Source: Cellvibrionales bacterium
Lineage (GTDB): Bacteria; Pseudomonadota; Gammaproteobacteria; Pseudomonadales; UBA7239
Reading direction: 5' to 3'
Length of the DNA stretch: 64,000 bases
Assembly: GCA_016713115.1 (NCBI GenBank)
Contig: JADJPU010000001.1
Location: 411,762 to 475,761, forward strand
Shown: positions 19,013 to 27,007 of the stretch, piece after piece
Layout of the letters: the number at the start of each line of letters is the position of its first letter
Position numbering within the stretch: position 1 is the first letter of the stretch
Notes under the pieces: model-generated
Told to the model about the DNA's origin: nothing
The model's database searches: none
Seen by the model: only the letters and a program-made list of their open reading frames with translations
Translations under genes and position numbers: made by a program

Positions 19013-19103
19013 CCTCCCCTGATAAGGGGAGGTGGTTCGCGTAGCGAATCGGAGGGGTTTAACCCCCTCCCTGCTGCGCAGGACTCCCCCTTGTCAGGGG
19101 GAG
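19013..19103. repeat. Cluster of three C/G-run hairpins separated by two short hairpins
   Basis: The three main hairpins are CCTCCCCT-GATA-AGGGGAGG (19013-19032), GGAGGGG-TTTAAC-CCCCTCC (19051-19070) and CTCCCCC-TTGTCA-GGGGGAG (19084-19103). Two short hairpins, TTCGC-GTA-GCGAA (19036-19048) and CCTGC-TGC-GCAGG (19070-19082), lie between them. Confidence 0.7.
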
Positions 19104-19125
19104 AAATACCGCCTTGGCACAACAT

Positions 19126-19213
19126 TGTAGGGGCGCATTGCATGCGCCCTGATATACGCCGATTCAAAGAGACTCGTGGATTTAAACAGGGGCGCGTTGC
19201 ACGCGCCCCTACG
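19126..19213. repeat. Inverted pair of REP-like palindromic elements (GTAGGGGCGC..GCGCCCCTG)
   Basis: The forward copy is TTGTAGGGGCGCATTGCATGCGCCCTGA (19126-19152). The inverted copy is at 19186-19215 and contains a perfect 9-bp stem, AGGGGCGCG-TTGCA-CGCGCCCCT (19188-19210). The latter sits 5 nt after the stop of the upstream minus-strand gene and may terminate it. Confidence 0.7.
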
Positions 19214-19215
19214 GG

Positions 19216-21561
19216 TTACAACTCCGTGGCGTTAAGGATGGTGACGCCGCCTGCATTTTTTTGCACTTTGGCTTTGCCGTCGATGGTGACCGTGACATCT
19301 TTGCCTGGAATGCCAATGAGGATGTCTGCTTTGCCATCGGCATTGATGTCGCCAGCGCTGATGCTGGTGCCGAAGGCATCGCCTTTGGCTGTGCCGTACT
19401 GCGTGGAAAGGGTGCTGCCATTGATGCCATTCAGCACAAGGACACTACCAGTGTCCTTGGTAATTTTGGGTATAGTCGGGCTGTCACCTTTCGGGGCACC
19501 TATGATGAAGTCAGTGGTTCCGTCACCGTTCACATCGGTCAACGCCACTGCAGAACCTAGTTTGGCACCAGCCTCACTACCAATACGCATCAGACTGAGC
19601 TGGTCGCTTGACGATAGTCGGTATATGGCTCCAGCATCTTTAACCTTGTTATTGTCAGCACCGGGCGCACCAATCAGCACAACATTGTCGGCATAGTGCG
19701 TACCAACCGCCAGAGCGCTGCCAAAACCATCTTTGGCAAAATTGCCGTACTGAGTGCTCAGAGAGAATGGCTGACCAAAACCATAAATAACAGTGCTTCC
19801 GGTGTTCTTGCCACTTTCGTCTCTGTCGTTAGGTGCACCAACAACCACTTCTGCACCAGGCAAATTATCAAAATTACCAGCAGCTACAGCCGCCCCCGCA
19901 TGAGCTTTGGCTACCTTACCGCAGTCCCCCATGATAGGCATGGAATGCAAAGCAGCACCGGAATACACCGCCACGCAGCCCGCTTGCTTTAACGGCTTCG
20001 CAACTTGGGTGTTTGTGGCATAGGGGGCTCCAACAACAACATCCGCCTGTCCATCATTATCTACATCACCCAGCGCCAGCGAAGCACCAAACATCGCCTT
20101 GGCAGCAAATATATCGTTGTTTAAAGAATCAACCAGCGGCGTACCACTAGCCTTACCGTAAATAATATAAACAACACCAATGGCTTTTCTGCCATCTTGC
20201 GCATCACCTAGTGGTGCGCCAACTACCACATCAGCAAGACCATCTTTGTTGATATCTGCATTACCTGCTACCGCCGAACCTAACGCACCGTTGACCGTAA
20301 TGCCGTCTTGAGAGTACAACGGGCTACCATCATTGCCAGAAATAATCTCTACCTTGCCCGCATTTTTGATGGCCTTGATGGGAGGTGATGGAGGCACGTC
20401 ATAACCCGGCATGCCCACCACATAATCACCAAAACCATCGCCATTGAAATCACCAGCAAAAACGACTGATGCACCGGTTTTGTCGGTTTTTGTATTGCCA
20501 TTGAAAATATTCAGGTTTTCGCCATCGGCAGGTAAAGGGTCACAGGCGTTGCCAAAGTGATCGCCATCGCCATCAGCTTGGTCTGGATTAGCCGTGTGAG
20601 GGCAGTTATCGGCCTGCCGTGTAAACGCTAAACTGCTAGGTATATCACTGTTTATTTTGTCTACACCGCCCCAGCAATGCACACCCATATCATCTCGTGC
20701 GCAGGTGGCGTTATTCGCTGGAGAGTTTTGACCGGAAGTACTCACAGCCACGGGATTCATTAATACAGGTACAGTTGTCTGCCCGCCATCATTATTACCC
20801 CAGCAATGCACACCGTTATCATCAACGGCACAGGTGTGCTCGAAGCCAGCACTCACCGCTATAGGGTGGGACAACGCAGGCACCATGGATTGACCATACT
20901 CAACACCTGAACCTGTATTGGTGGTACCGGCACCCCAACAGTGCACCCCTGTATCATCCAACGCACAAGCGTGGTAACCGCCCATACTCACCGCCACTGG
21001 GTTCGTCAACGATGGCACTGTCTGGCTTTGGAAATTGTTTCCCCAGCACTGCACGCCGTTGTCATCCAACGCACAGGTGCTAAACATGCCAGTACTCACT
21101 TGGGTTGGATGCACCAGTGGCGGCACGGTGGTTTGTCCATTGGAATTATTTCCCCAGCACTGCAAGCCATTATCGTCTATTGCACAGGTATGAGTTCCAC
21201 CGGCACTCACCGCTGTGGGGTTACTTAACGCGGGCACAGTTGTTTGACCACTACTGTTAGACCCCCAGCAATGCACACCCGCATCATCCAGCGCGCAGGT
21301 ATGCGAATCGCCTGCACTCACTGCGGTAGGGTTAGCCAGAACCGGCACTGATGTCTGACCGGCATTGTTGTAACCCCAACAGTGCACCCCATTGTCATCC
21401 AACACACAGGCATGAATGCCGCCCACACTGAGTTGCGACGGCATAGGGGTGTCAGCCACACCATCACCGTCAGTATCCACTGCCCAGAGAGTGCTGCTGC
21501 CCAACAGCAAAAGGACAACAAGTAAGGATTGAAAAAATGGTGCGCGCCCTGTTGTTAGCAT
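19216..21561 (-). CDS. Secreted RCC1-repeat / TSP3 / FG-GAP (integrin-alpha-like) repeat protein
   Basis: The track ORF extends to 22041 but overlaps regA. The real start is ATG 21561 after AAGGAA, giving the signal peptide MLTTGRAPFFQSLLVVLLLLGSSTLWA. It has seven HxCALDDxGVxCWGxN blades, the TSP3 motif DNCPHTANPDQADGDGD, and about seven FG-GAP repeats (GDxNxDGxxDxxxGAP). Confidence 0.85.
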   Translation of the reverse strand: MLTTGRAPFFQSLLVVLLLLGSSTLWAVDTDGDGVADTPMPSQLSVGGIHACVLDDNGVHCWGYNNAGQTSVPVLANPTAVSAGDSHTCALDDAGVHCWGSNSSGQTTVPALSNPTAVSAGGTHTCAIDDNGLQCWGNNSNGQTTVPPLVHPTQVSTGMFSTCALDDNGVQCWGNNFQSQTVPSLTNPVAVSMGGYHACALDDTGVHCWGAGTTNTGSGVEYGQSMVPALSHPIAVSAGFEHTCAVDDNGVHCWGNNDGGQTTVPVLMNPVAVSTSGQNSPANNATCARDDMGVHCWGGVDKINSDIPSSLAFTRQADNCPHTANPDQADGDGDHFGNACDPLPADGENLNIFNGNTKTDKTGASVVFAGDFNGDGFGDYVVGMPGYDVPPSPPIKAIKNAGKVEIISGNDGSPLYSQDGITVNGALGSAVAGNADINKDGLADVVVGAPLGDAQDGRKAIGVVYIIYGKASGTPLVDSLNNDIFAAKAMFGASLALGDVDNDGQADVVVGAPYATNTQVAKPLKQAGCVAVYSGAALHSMPIMGDCGKVAKAHAGAAVAAGNFDNLPGAEVVVGAPNDRDESGKNTGSTVIYGFGQPFSLSTQYGNFAKDGFGSALAVGTHYADNVVLIGAPGADNNKVKDAGAIYRLSSSDQLSLMRIGSEAGAKLGSAVALTDVNGDGTTDFIIGAPKGDSPTIPKITKDTGSVLVLNGINGSTLSTQYGTAKGDAFGTSISAGDINADGKADILIGIPGKDVTVTIDGKAKVQKNAGGVTILNATEL
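20662..21435 (-). repeat. Coding tandem repeats (7 RCC1-type blades, ~90-125 nt period)
   Basis: A recurring plus-strand string, ccccagca(a/c)tgca(c/a)(a/g)cc or ccccaacagtgcacccc, encodes G(V/L)(H/Q)CWG. It appears near 20671, 20801, 20935, 21045, 21155, 21265 and 21375. Confidence 0.8.
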
Positions 21562-21599
21562 GATGATTTCCTTGGTTTGTTTTGAACTGTGCGTTGATA

Positions 21600-22136
21600 T
21601 TATCGCGCCACTGGCCGCTTGGCGAGTTTGCGTTGCAAGGTGCGGCGGTGCATGCCCAGTGCCCGCGCGGTGGCGGAAATATTCTGCTCGTGCTCGGCCA
21701 ACACGCGCTGGATGTGCTCCCATTCCAATCTGTCCACCGAGAGCGGGTTCTCGGCCACGACCACCTCCTCGCTGGCGGTGGGGTGCAGCAGGGCGTGGAG
21801 AATGCTGTCGGTATCGGCCGGTTTGCACAGGTAGTTGACGGCACCGAGCTTCACCGCCTGCACGGCGGTTTGGATGCTGGCGTAGCCTGTGAGTATCAAA
21901 ATCTGCATATCTGTATTGGCGGCGAGCAGCACGGGAATGAGCGGCAGGCTGGATTCCTGCGCCAGTTTCAAATCCAGAATCGCGTGCGAAAACCGCTGCT
22001 GCGTAAGGCAAGTGCGCGCTGCCGCTGCATCCAGCGCCCACTGCACGCGATGCCCGCGCCGCAGCAGGGAGCGTTGCAGCACACTGGCGAATACTTCGTC
22101 ATCCTCCACCAGCAGAATATCTAGCGCGCTGTTCAT
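21600..22136 (-). CDS. regA: Response regulator, RegA/PrrA/ActR (RoxR) family
   Basis: 178 aa with a receiver domain (ILLVEDDEVF..ILDLKL) and a C-terminal Fis-type HTH (NISATARALGMHRRTLQRKL). The ATG overlaps the kinase stop. Confidence 0.88.
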   Translation of the reverse strand: MNSALDILLVEDDEVFASVLQRSLLRRGHRVQWALDAAAARTCLTQQRFSHAILDLKLAQESSLPLIPVLLAANTDMQILILTGYASIQTAVQAVKLGAVNYLCKPADTDSILHALLHPTASEEVVVAENPLSVDRLEWEHIQRVLAEHEQNISATARALGMHRRTLQRKLAKRPVAR

Positions 22137-23425
22137 GCCAGCTCAGCACCGTGCAGGGGCAACTCGATGCGCGTTAAGGTGCCACCGCCCGCGCGCGGCT
22201 CTAGCGAGAGCCTGCCGCCAGCGCGCTCCAAACTGGCGTGAGACAGCAACAACCCCAGCCCCATGCCCTTCTCGCTGGTTTTCACTTGCGCGTGCTTGCG
22301 CAGTACATGCTGTTCGATGCCGGGGCCGTCGTCTTCAATATTGATTTGCAGCGTCTGCACATCCCATTGCATGCGCACCCACAAATGGCTGCCAGCATCG
22401 GCGGCATTGTTCAGCACATTGATAACGGCCTGCTCCACCACCAGCGGCCACGCCACTGTGCAAGGCGCGCCCGCCTGCACCACAAACTTGGCCTGCGCCT
22501 CTGGGCGCAACACCTGCCAGTGGCCGATCAAACGCTGCACCCACTCGGCCAGCGGCTGGCTGCGCTCGCCGCCCTGTTGGTGCGCGCGCGCGGTATCTGC
22601 CAACTGGCGCAAGGACTGCTGGCAGCGCGCCACTTGGCTCGCCATCAACTGCAAATCGGCCTGCAACTCCGCGCCTTTATTGTGTTCACGCTGCAAATCA
22701 CCGAGCAACACGGCGAGGCTAGACAGCGGCGTGCCCATTTCATGCGCGGTGCTGGCGGCCAGCGTGGCCACGGTGAGAATGTTTTCATCCATCAACTGCT
22801 GTTCGCGCAAGCGATTGATGGCCTCGCGCTGACGGCGCACGGTGGCGGCAATGGACGTAACAAAGTAAGTGATTAGCGCCGCGCTGATGCCCACATTGAG
22901 CCACATGCCCGCCACATGCCAGCTCATGCTACGCGAGCCGTGCATCGCGTGGTGCGACATATCCATAGGCGACAGCACGGGCAGCGGCCAGTAGTAAAAC
23001 ATCAGCAGGCCTGAGGCCAGCAGGCAAAACGCCGTGAGCAAGGCGGTGTAAGTGCGCGACAAACAGGCCGCCGCTAAAGCAATCGGCACCAAGTAGTAAG
23101 ACACGAAGGGGTTGGTAGCGCCGCCTGCCACATACAACAGCCCCGTCAGCACAAAACAATCCAACAACAACTGGAATAAAAACTCGCGCTCATCCGGCGC
23201 ACGGCTTTGGCGGCGAAACCATTGCAGACGGTAATGCCCCAGCAACAGCATCAACAGCGCCACCGATAACAAACCCAGCAGCGCGTAAAACTGCGCGGCG
23301 CTGAGCCACTGCCGCCCCAGCAACAGCGTGAGTAATTGCACCAGCCACACCCAAGCGCGCAGCACTTGCAGCTGCTGCAAATAATCACTGGTATCCGGTG
23401 CAGGTGAGTGGGCGCTGGCGCTCAT
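22133..23425 (-). CDS. regB: Redox-sensing histidine kinase, RegB/PrrB/ActS (RoxS) family
   Basis: Multi-TM N-terminus containing GGATNPF (GGxxNPF). H-box STAHEMGTPL, with a Cys 40 residues after the His (VARCQQS). HATPase_c motifs are present (NNAADA, DDGPGI, GMGLGL). Confidence 0.85.
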   Translation of the reverse strand: MSASAHSPAPDTSDYLQQLQVLRAWVWLVQLLTLLLGRQWLSAAQFYALLGLLSVALLMLLLGHYRLQWFRRQSRAPDEREFLFQLLLDCFVLTGLLYVAGGATNPFVSYYLVPIALAAACLSRTYTALLTAFCLLASGLLMFYYWPLPVLSPMDMSHHAMHGSRSMSWHVAGMWLNVGISAALITYFVTSIAATVRRQREAINRLREQQLMDENILTVATLAASTAHEMGTPLSSLAVLLGDLQREHNKGAELQADLQLMASQVARCQQSLRQLADTARAHQQGGERSQPLAEWVQRLIGHWQVLRPEAQAKFVVQAGAPCTVAWPLVVEQAVINVLNNAADAGSHLWVRMQWDVQTLQINIEDDGPGIEQHVLRKHAQVKTSEKGMGLGLLLSHASLERAGGRLSLEPRAGGGTLTRIELPLHGAELA

Positions 23426-23449
23426 GTGGGCAATACAAGGGAGGGAGAA

Positions 23450-23479
23450 GCATTCCCAACAGCTCTCGGTTGGGAATGC
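23450..23479 (-). terminator. Hairpin downstream of hpf (possible terminator/attenuator before regB)
   Basis: A perfect 11-bp stem, GCATTCCCAAC-8 nt-GTTGGGAATGC, lies 19 nt after the hpf stop. The trailing tract on the minus strand is only moderately U-rich (TTCTCCCTCCCTTG). Confidence 0.5.
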
Positions 23480-23497
23480 GCTGTGTTACAGCATCAA

Positions 23498-23788
23498 TCA
23501 ACGATGTGCTTTGACTTTTTCTTTGTGGCGAATCAACTGGCGATCCAGCTTGCCGACCAGATCGTCGATGGCGGCGTACATGTCTTCCGCTACCGCATCG
23601 GCAAATAAATCTGCGCCGCTCAGAAACACGCGCGCATCGGCTTTTTGTATCAATTTATCAACAGTAAGCGTGACATCTGCACGGGTGATTTTGTCGTGAT
23701 GACGATCCAACTTCTCCAATTTGCTGGTTACATAGTCTTTGAGAGGAAGAGTGACTTCAACATGGTGCCCACTGATATTCAACTGCAT
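23498..23788 (-). CDS. hpf: Ribosome hibernation promoting factor / RaiA family (short form)
   Basis: 96 aa: MQLNISGHHVEVTLPLKDYVTSKLEKLDRHHDKI..ADVTL..LFADAVAEDMYAAIDDLVGKLDRQLIRHKEK. This is the canonical sigma-54 modulation protein/S30EA family. Confidence 0.9.
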   Translation of the reverse strand: MQLNISGHHVEVTLPLKDYVTSKLEKLDRHHDKITRADVTLTVDKLIQKADARVFLSGADLFADAVAEDMYAAIDDLVGKLDRQLIRHKEKVKAHR

Positions 23789-23866
23789 AAAACGCTCCTC
23801 GGGTTTCCTGTGTGTTGCACCTCCACTGTACGACAGGAAAAAAAACAGTCAACCCAAAAAACGCTT

Positions 23867-25444
23867 TTAATGCTCACGCGTAGCGCGGAAGCAAAGATCA
23901 GGCCAGCGTTCCTCGGTTAAAGCCAAATTCACTCGCGTGGGCGCGAGATAGGTGAGATGATCGCCGCCATCTAAAGCTAGGTTTTCATTCGTTTTAGAGC
24001 GGAACTCTTCCAGTTTTTTCGGGTCTTTGGCCGACAACCAACGCGCCGTGTAGATATTGATATTTTCGTACAAGCACTCCACTTTGTACTCGTCTTTCAG
24101 GCGGTAGGCGACCACTTCAAACTGCAGCACACCCACCGCGCCCACGATTAAATCGTTGTTATTCAACGGCATAAACACTTGCACCGAACCCTCTTCCGAG
24201 AGCTGGCGCAAACCCTTCTGCAACTGCTTGGCTTTCAGCGGGTCTTTCAAGCGAATGCGGCGAAACAATTCCGGCGCAAAATGCGGAATACCCGTGAAAC
24301 GCAGGTTTTCACCGCTGGTAAAGGTGTCGCCAATCTGGATGGTACCGTGGTTGTGCAAGCCGATGATGTCGCCCGCCAGTGCCTCTTCCACCAGTACGCG
24401 CTCGCCGGCCATAAAGGTCACCGCATCGGCAATACGAATATCTTTGCCGATACGCACATGCTGCATTTTCATGCCCTGCGTGTAACTGCCGGAACAGATG
24501 CGCATAAACGCGATGCGGTCGCGGTGTTTCGGATCCATATTCGCTTGGATTTTGAACACAAAACCCGAAAACTTTTCTTCGTGCGGATCAATCACCCGCG
24601 TTTCAGTAGCGCGCGCTTGCGGTGCTGGCGCCCACTCTACAAAACCATCCAACATTTCGCGCACGCCGAAGTTACCTAACGCCGTACCAAAAAAAGCTGG
24701 CGTTAATACACCCGCTAAATATTCTTCCAGATCAAATGGATGCGCCGCGCCGCGCACCAATTCAATTTCTGCGCGCACATCGTCAGCATAAGGGCCGAGC
24801 AGTTTAGAAAACTCTTCGCTGTCGATGCCTTGAATTTGCACATCATCTTGAATGGTGTGACCAAAACCCTGCTGAAACACATGCACGGTATCGGTGTACA
24901 AGTTGTACACACCTTTAAATTCTTTGCCCATGCCCAGCGGCCAATTGATAGGCGCGACTTTGATATGCAGGATGCTTTCAATTTCATCCAACACTTCCAT
25001 CGGGTCGCGAATATCGCGATCCATTTTGTTGACGAAAGTGAGGATAGGCGTATCGCGCAAACGACACACATCCATCAATTTAATGGTGCGATCTTCCACG
25101 CCCTTCGCGCCATCTATCACCATCAACACCGAATCTACCGCCGTTAAAGTGCGGTAAGTGTCTTCAGAAAAATCTTCGTGCCCTGGCGTATCCAACAAGT
25201 TGACGGTTTTGCCTTTGTAAGGAAATTGCATCACCGACGAAGTCACGGAAATGCCGCGCTCTTGCTCCATCGTCATCCAGTCGGAGGTGGCGTGGCGATC
25301 GCCTTTTTTACCCTTTACCGAACCGGCAATTTGTATCGCCTGCCCGAACAGCAACAATTTTTCCGTAATGGTGGTTTTACCCGCATCTGGGTGCGAAATA
25401 ATTGCAAAGGTGCGGCGCAGGTTGATGTCGTCTTGCAGGCTCAT
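23867..25444 (-). CDS. prfC: Peptide chain release factor 3
   Basis: 525-aa GTPase ([34 protein letters not shown]) with full-length RF3 architecture. Confidence 0.95.
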   Translation of the reverse strand: MSLQDDINLRRTFAIISHPDAGKTTITEKLLLFGQAIQIAGSVKGKKGDRHATSDWMTMEQERGISVTSSVMQFPYKGKTVNLLDTPGHEDFSEDTYRTLTAVDSVLMVIDGAKGVEDRTIKLMDVCRLRDTPILTFVNKMDRDIRDPMEVLDEIESILHIKVAPINWPLGMGKEFKGVYNLYTDTVHVFQQGFGHTIQDDVQIQGIDSEEFSKLLGPYADDVRAEIELVRGAAHPFDLEEYLAGVLTPAFFGTALGNFGVREMLDGFVEWAPAPQARATETRVIDPHEEKFSGFVFKIQANMDPKHRDRIAFMRICSGSYTQGMKMQHVRIGKDIRIADAVTFMAGERVLVEEALAGDIIGLHNHGTIQIGDTFTSGENLRFTGIPHFAPELFRRIRLKDPLKAKQLQKGLRQLSEEGSVQVFMPLNNNDLIVGAVGVLQFEVVAYRLKDEYKVECLYENINIYTARWLSAKDPKKLEEFRSKTNENLALDGGDHLTYLAPTRVNLALTEERWPDLCFRATREH

Positions 25445-25485
25445 GGCGGGATGGGATAGCAGCTAATAAGAAGGGAGGCATTATA

Positions 25486-25606
25486 GTCGCGGCTAAGAGC
25501 CGCTCCTACACATACAACGCTGACTCTCTTGTAGGAGCGCCACCTTGGCGCGATCTCCACACATTCAACGCCGACTCTCTTGTAGGAGCGCCACCTTGGC
25601 GCGATC
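25486..25606. repeat. REP-like elements: one inverted copy plus a 51-bp tandem duplication (TGTAGGAGCG..hairpin..CGCGA)
   Basis: The inverted copy is at 25486-25510 (reverse complement TGTAGGAGCGGCTCTTAGCCGCGAC). The direct copies TGTAGGAGCGCCACCTTGGCGCGATC are at 25530-25555 and 25581-25606, each with the GCGCCA-CCT-TGGCGC hairpin. The two 51-bp units (25505-25555 and 25556-25606) differ at 4 positions. Confidence 0.8.
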
Positions 25607-26971
25607 AAACGGCTGGCTGGCGGCGCAGCGGCGCAGAGCCGTCGCGTGGCGAACTCGCCGCAGCAGCGGGCTTAGACTTTGCTGCATTGGGCTTTTTAGC
25701 CGCAGTCTTTTTCGCGCTGCTCGCTTTCTTGTCAGTAGATTTTTTCTCAGCCGTTTTTTTATCGGTTTTTTTCTTTTTACTGCCCGCTGCTTTACCAGAC
25801 GCTTTGAGTTTTTTGGTCCGAGAAAACTGCCTTTGATTTCTTTGATAATGCGCCGCTCGAACTGTTGCTTGAGATAGCGCTCGATACTCGCCATCAAATT
25901 CCATTCCTGCGCAGTGATGAGTGAAATCACCAAACCCGCATTGCCTGCGCGCCCCGTGCGTCCAGCGCGATGCACATAATCATCACCCTTGCGCGGCATA
26001 TCAAAATTAATTACCAAATCCATGCCTTCAATATCCAAACCGCGCGCGGCCACATCGGTGGCGATCAACACATTGATATGACCTTGATTGAGACGCGACA
26101 CGGCCTGTTTTCTGTCTTTGTGATCTTTTTCGCCGTGCAACACATACACCTTGGCATGACTGCTACCGGCTTTGTGCGCTGCAATCAGCACACTGCCCAA
26201 GCGATCGGCCTGCGTGCGCGTATTGGTAAACACAATCGCTTTTTCATAAGTTTCATTCGCCAACAACCACAGCACCATTTTTTCTTTGTGCTTGGCGTCA
26301 TCCGCAGGAACAATTTGCTGCACGGTGGCGCTGTTCATCTGGCTCACCGGATTCAAACGCAGCACTTGCGGCTCGCGCATCACGCTGGCAGCCAATTCAA
26401 ATAAGGCACTGTTGCTGGTGGCAGAAAACAGCAGCGTCTGCCGCTCTGTGTGGCAGGCATGCACCAACTGCATCACATCTTCGCTAAAGCCCATGTCCAG
26501 CATGCGATCGGCTTCATCCAACACCAACACCTCCAAATCTTGCAGCTCCAAATTTTTGGCATTGAGCTGCTCTAACAAACGCCCAGGCGTGCCGATCACG
26601 ATGTCGGGGTTTTTGCGCAGCGCCGCCATTTGTTTTTTGAAATCTTCACCGCCGGTAATCAAGGCCGCCTTAATAAAGGTGAACTGCGCCAGCAACTCCA
26701 CTTGTTTTAAAGTTTGCTGCGCCAACTCGCGCGTGCGCAGCAAAATCAAAGCGCGCGTGGCGGTGCGCGGCTTCGCGTCTTGCAGCAGGCGATGCAGAAC
26801 CGGCAGCACAAAGGCAGCGGTTTTGCCGCTACCGGTTTGCGCAATCACGCGCAAATCTTCCCCCTGCACGGCCAGCGGCACGGCTTCTTTTTGCACCGGT
26901 GTCGGCTCGGAAAAACCCAAAGTTTCCAGCGCTTTCAACAAGCGTTCGTGCAATAACAATTCAGCAAACAT
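25565..26971 (-). CDS. DEAD-box ATP-dependent RNA helicase (RhlE/SrmB-like) with basic C-terminal tail; probable frameshift in tail
   Basis: Q motif and motifs I-VI are present (AQTGSGKTAAF, PTRELA-like TRELA, DEAD, SAT, ATDVAARGLDI, HRAGRTGRAG). The tail after ..KGSFLGPK is readable in two frames (see finding); the alternative stop is at 25605. Confidence 0.88.
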   Translation of the reverse strand: MFAELLLHERLLKALETLGFSEPTPVQKEAVPLAVQGEDLRVIAQTGSGKTAAFVLPVLHRLLQDAKPRTATRALILLRTRELAQQTLKQVELLAQFTFIKAALITGGEDFKKQMAALRKNPDIVIGTPGRLLEQLNAKNLELQDLEVLVLDEADRMLDMGFSEDVMQLVHACHTERQTLLFSATSNSALFELAASVMREPQVLRLNPVSQMNSATVQQIVPADDAKHKEKMVLWLLANETYEKAIVFTNTRTQADRLGSVLIAAHKAGSSHAKVYVLHGEKDHKDRKQAVSRLNQGHINVLIATDVAARGLDIEGMDLVINFDMPRKGDDYVHRAGRTGRAGNAGLVISLITAQEWNLMASIERYLKQQFERRIIKEIKGSFLGPKNSKRLVKQRAVKRKKPIKKRLRKNLLTRKRAARKRLRLKSPMQQSLSPLLRRVRHATALRRCAASQPFDRAKVALLQESRR

Positions 26972-27007
26972 ATAAAACTCGCAAAAAAATATTTAAGAAA
27001 TAAAAAA

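Noticed and set aside
20662-21435. Regular ~90-125-nt periodicity that at first glance resembles a repeat array.
   Set aside because: It lies inside a continuous ORF, and the repeats translate to seven RCC1-type blades. There is no repeat-spacer structure, so it is not a CRISPR array.
21562-22041. The N-terminal 160 codons of track ORF 19216..22041 would make a 941-aa protein.
   Set aside because: This part overlaps the well-supported regA gene on the same strand in another frame and is Arg/Gly/Ala-rich GC-artefact sequence. A strong SD + ATG at 21561 yields a clean signal peptide.
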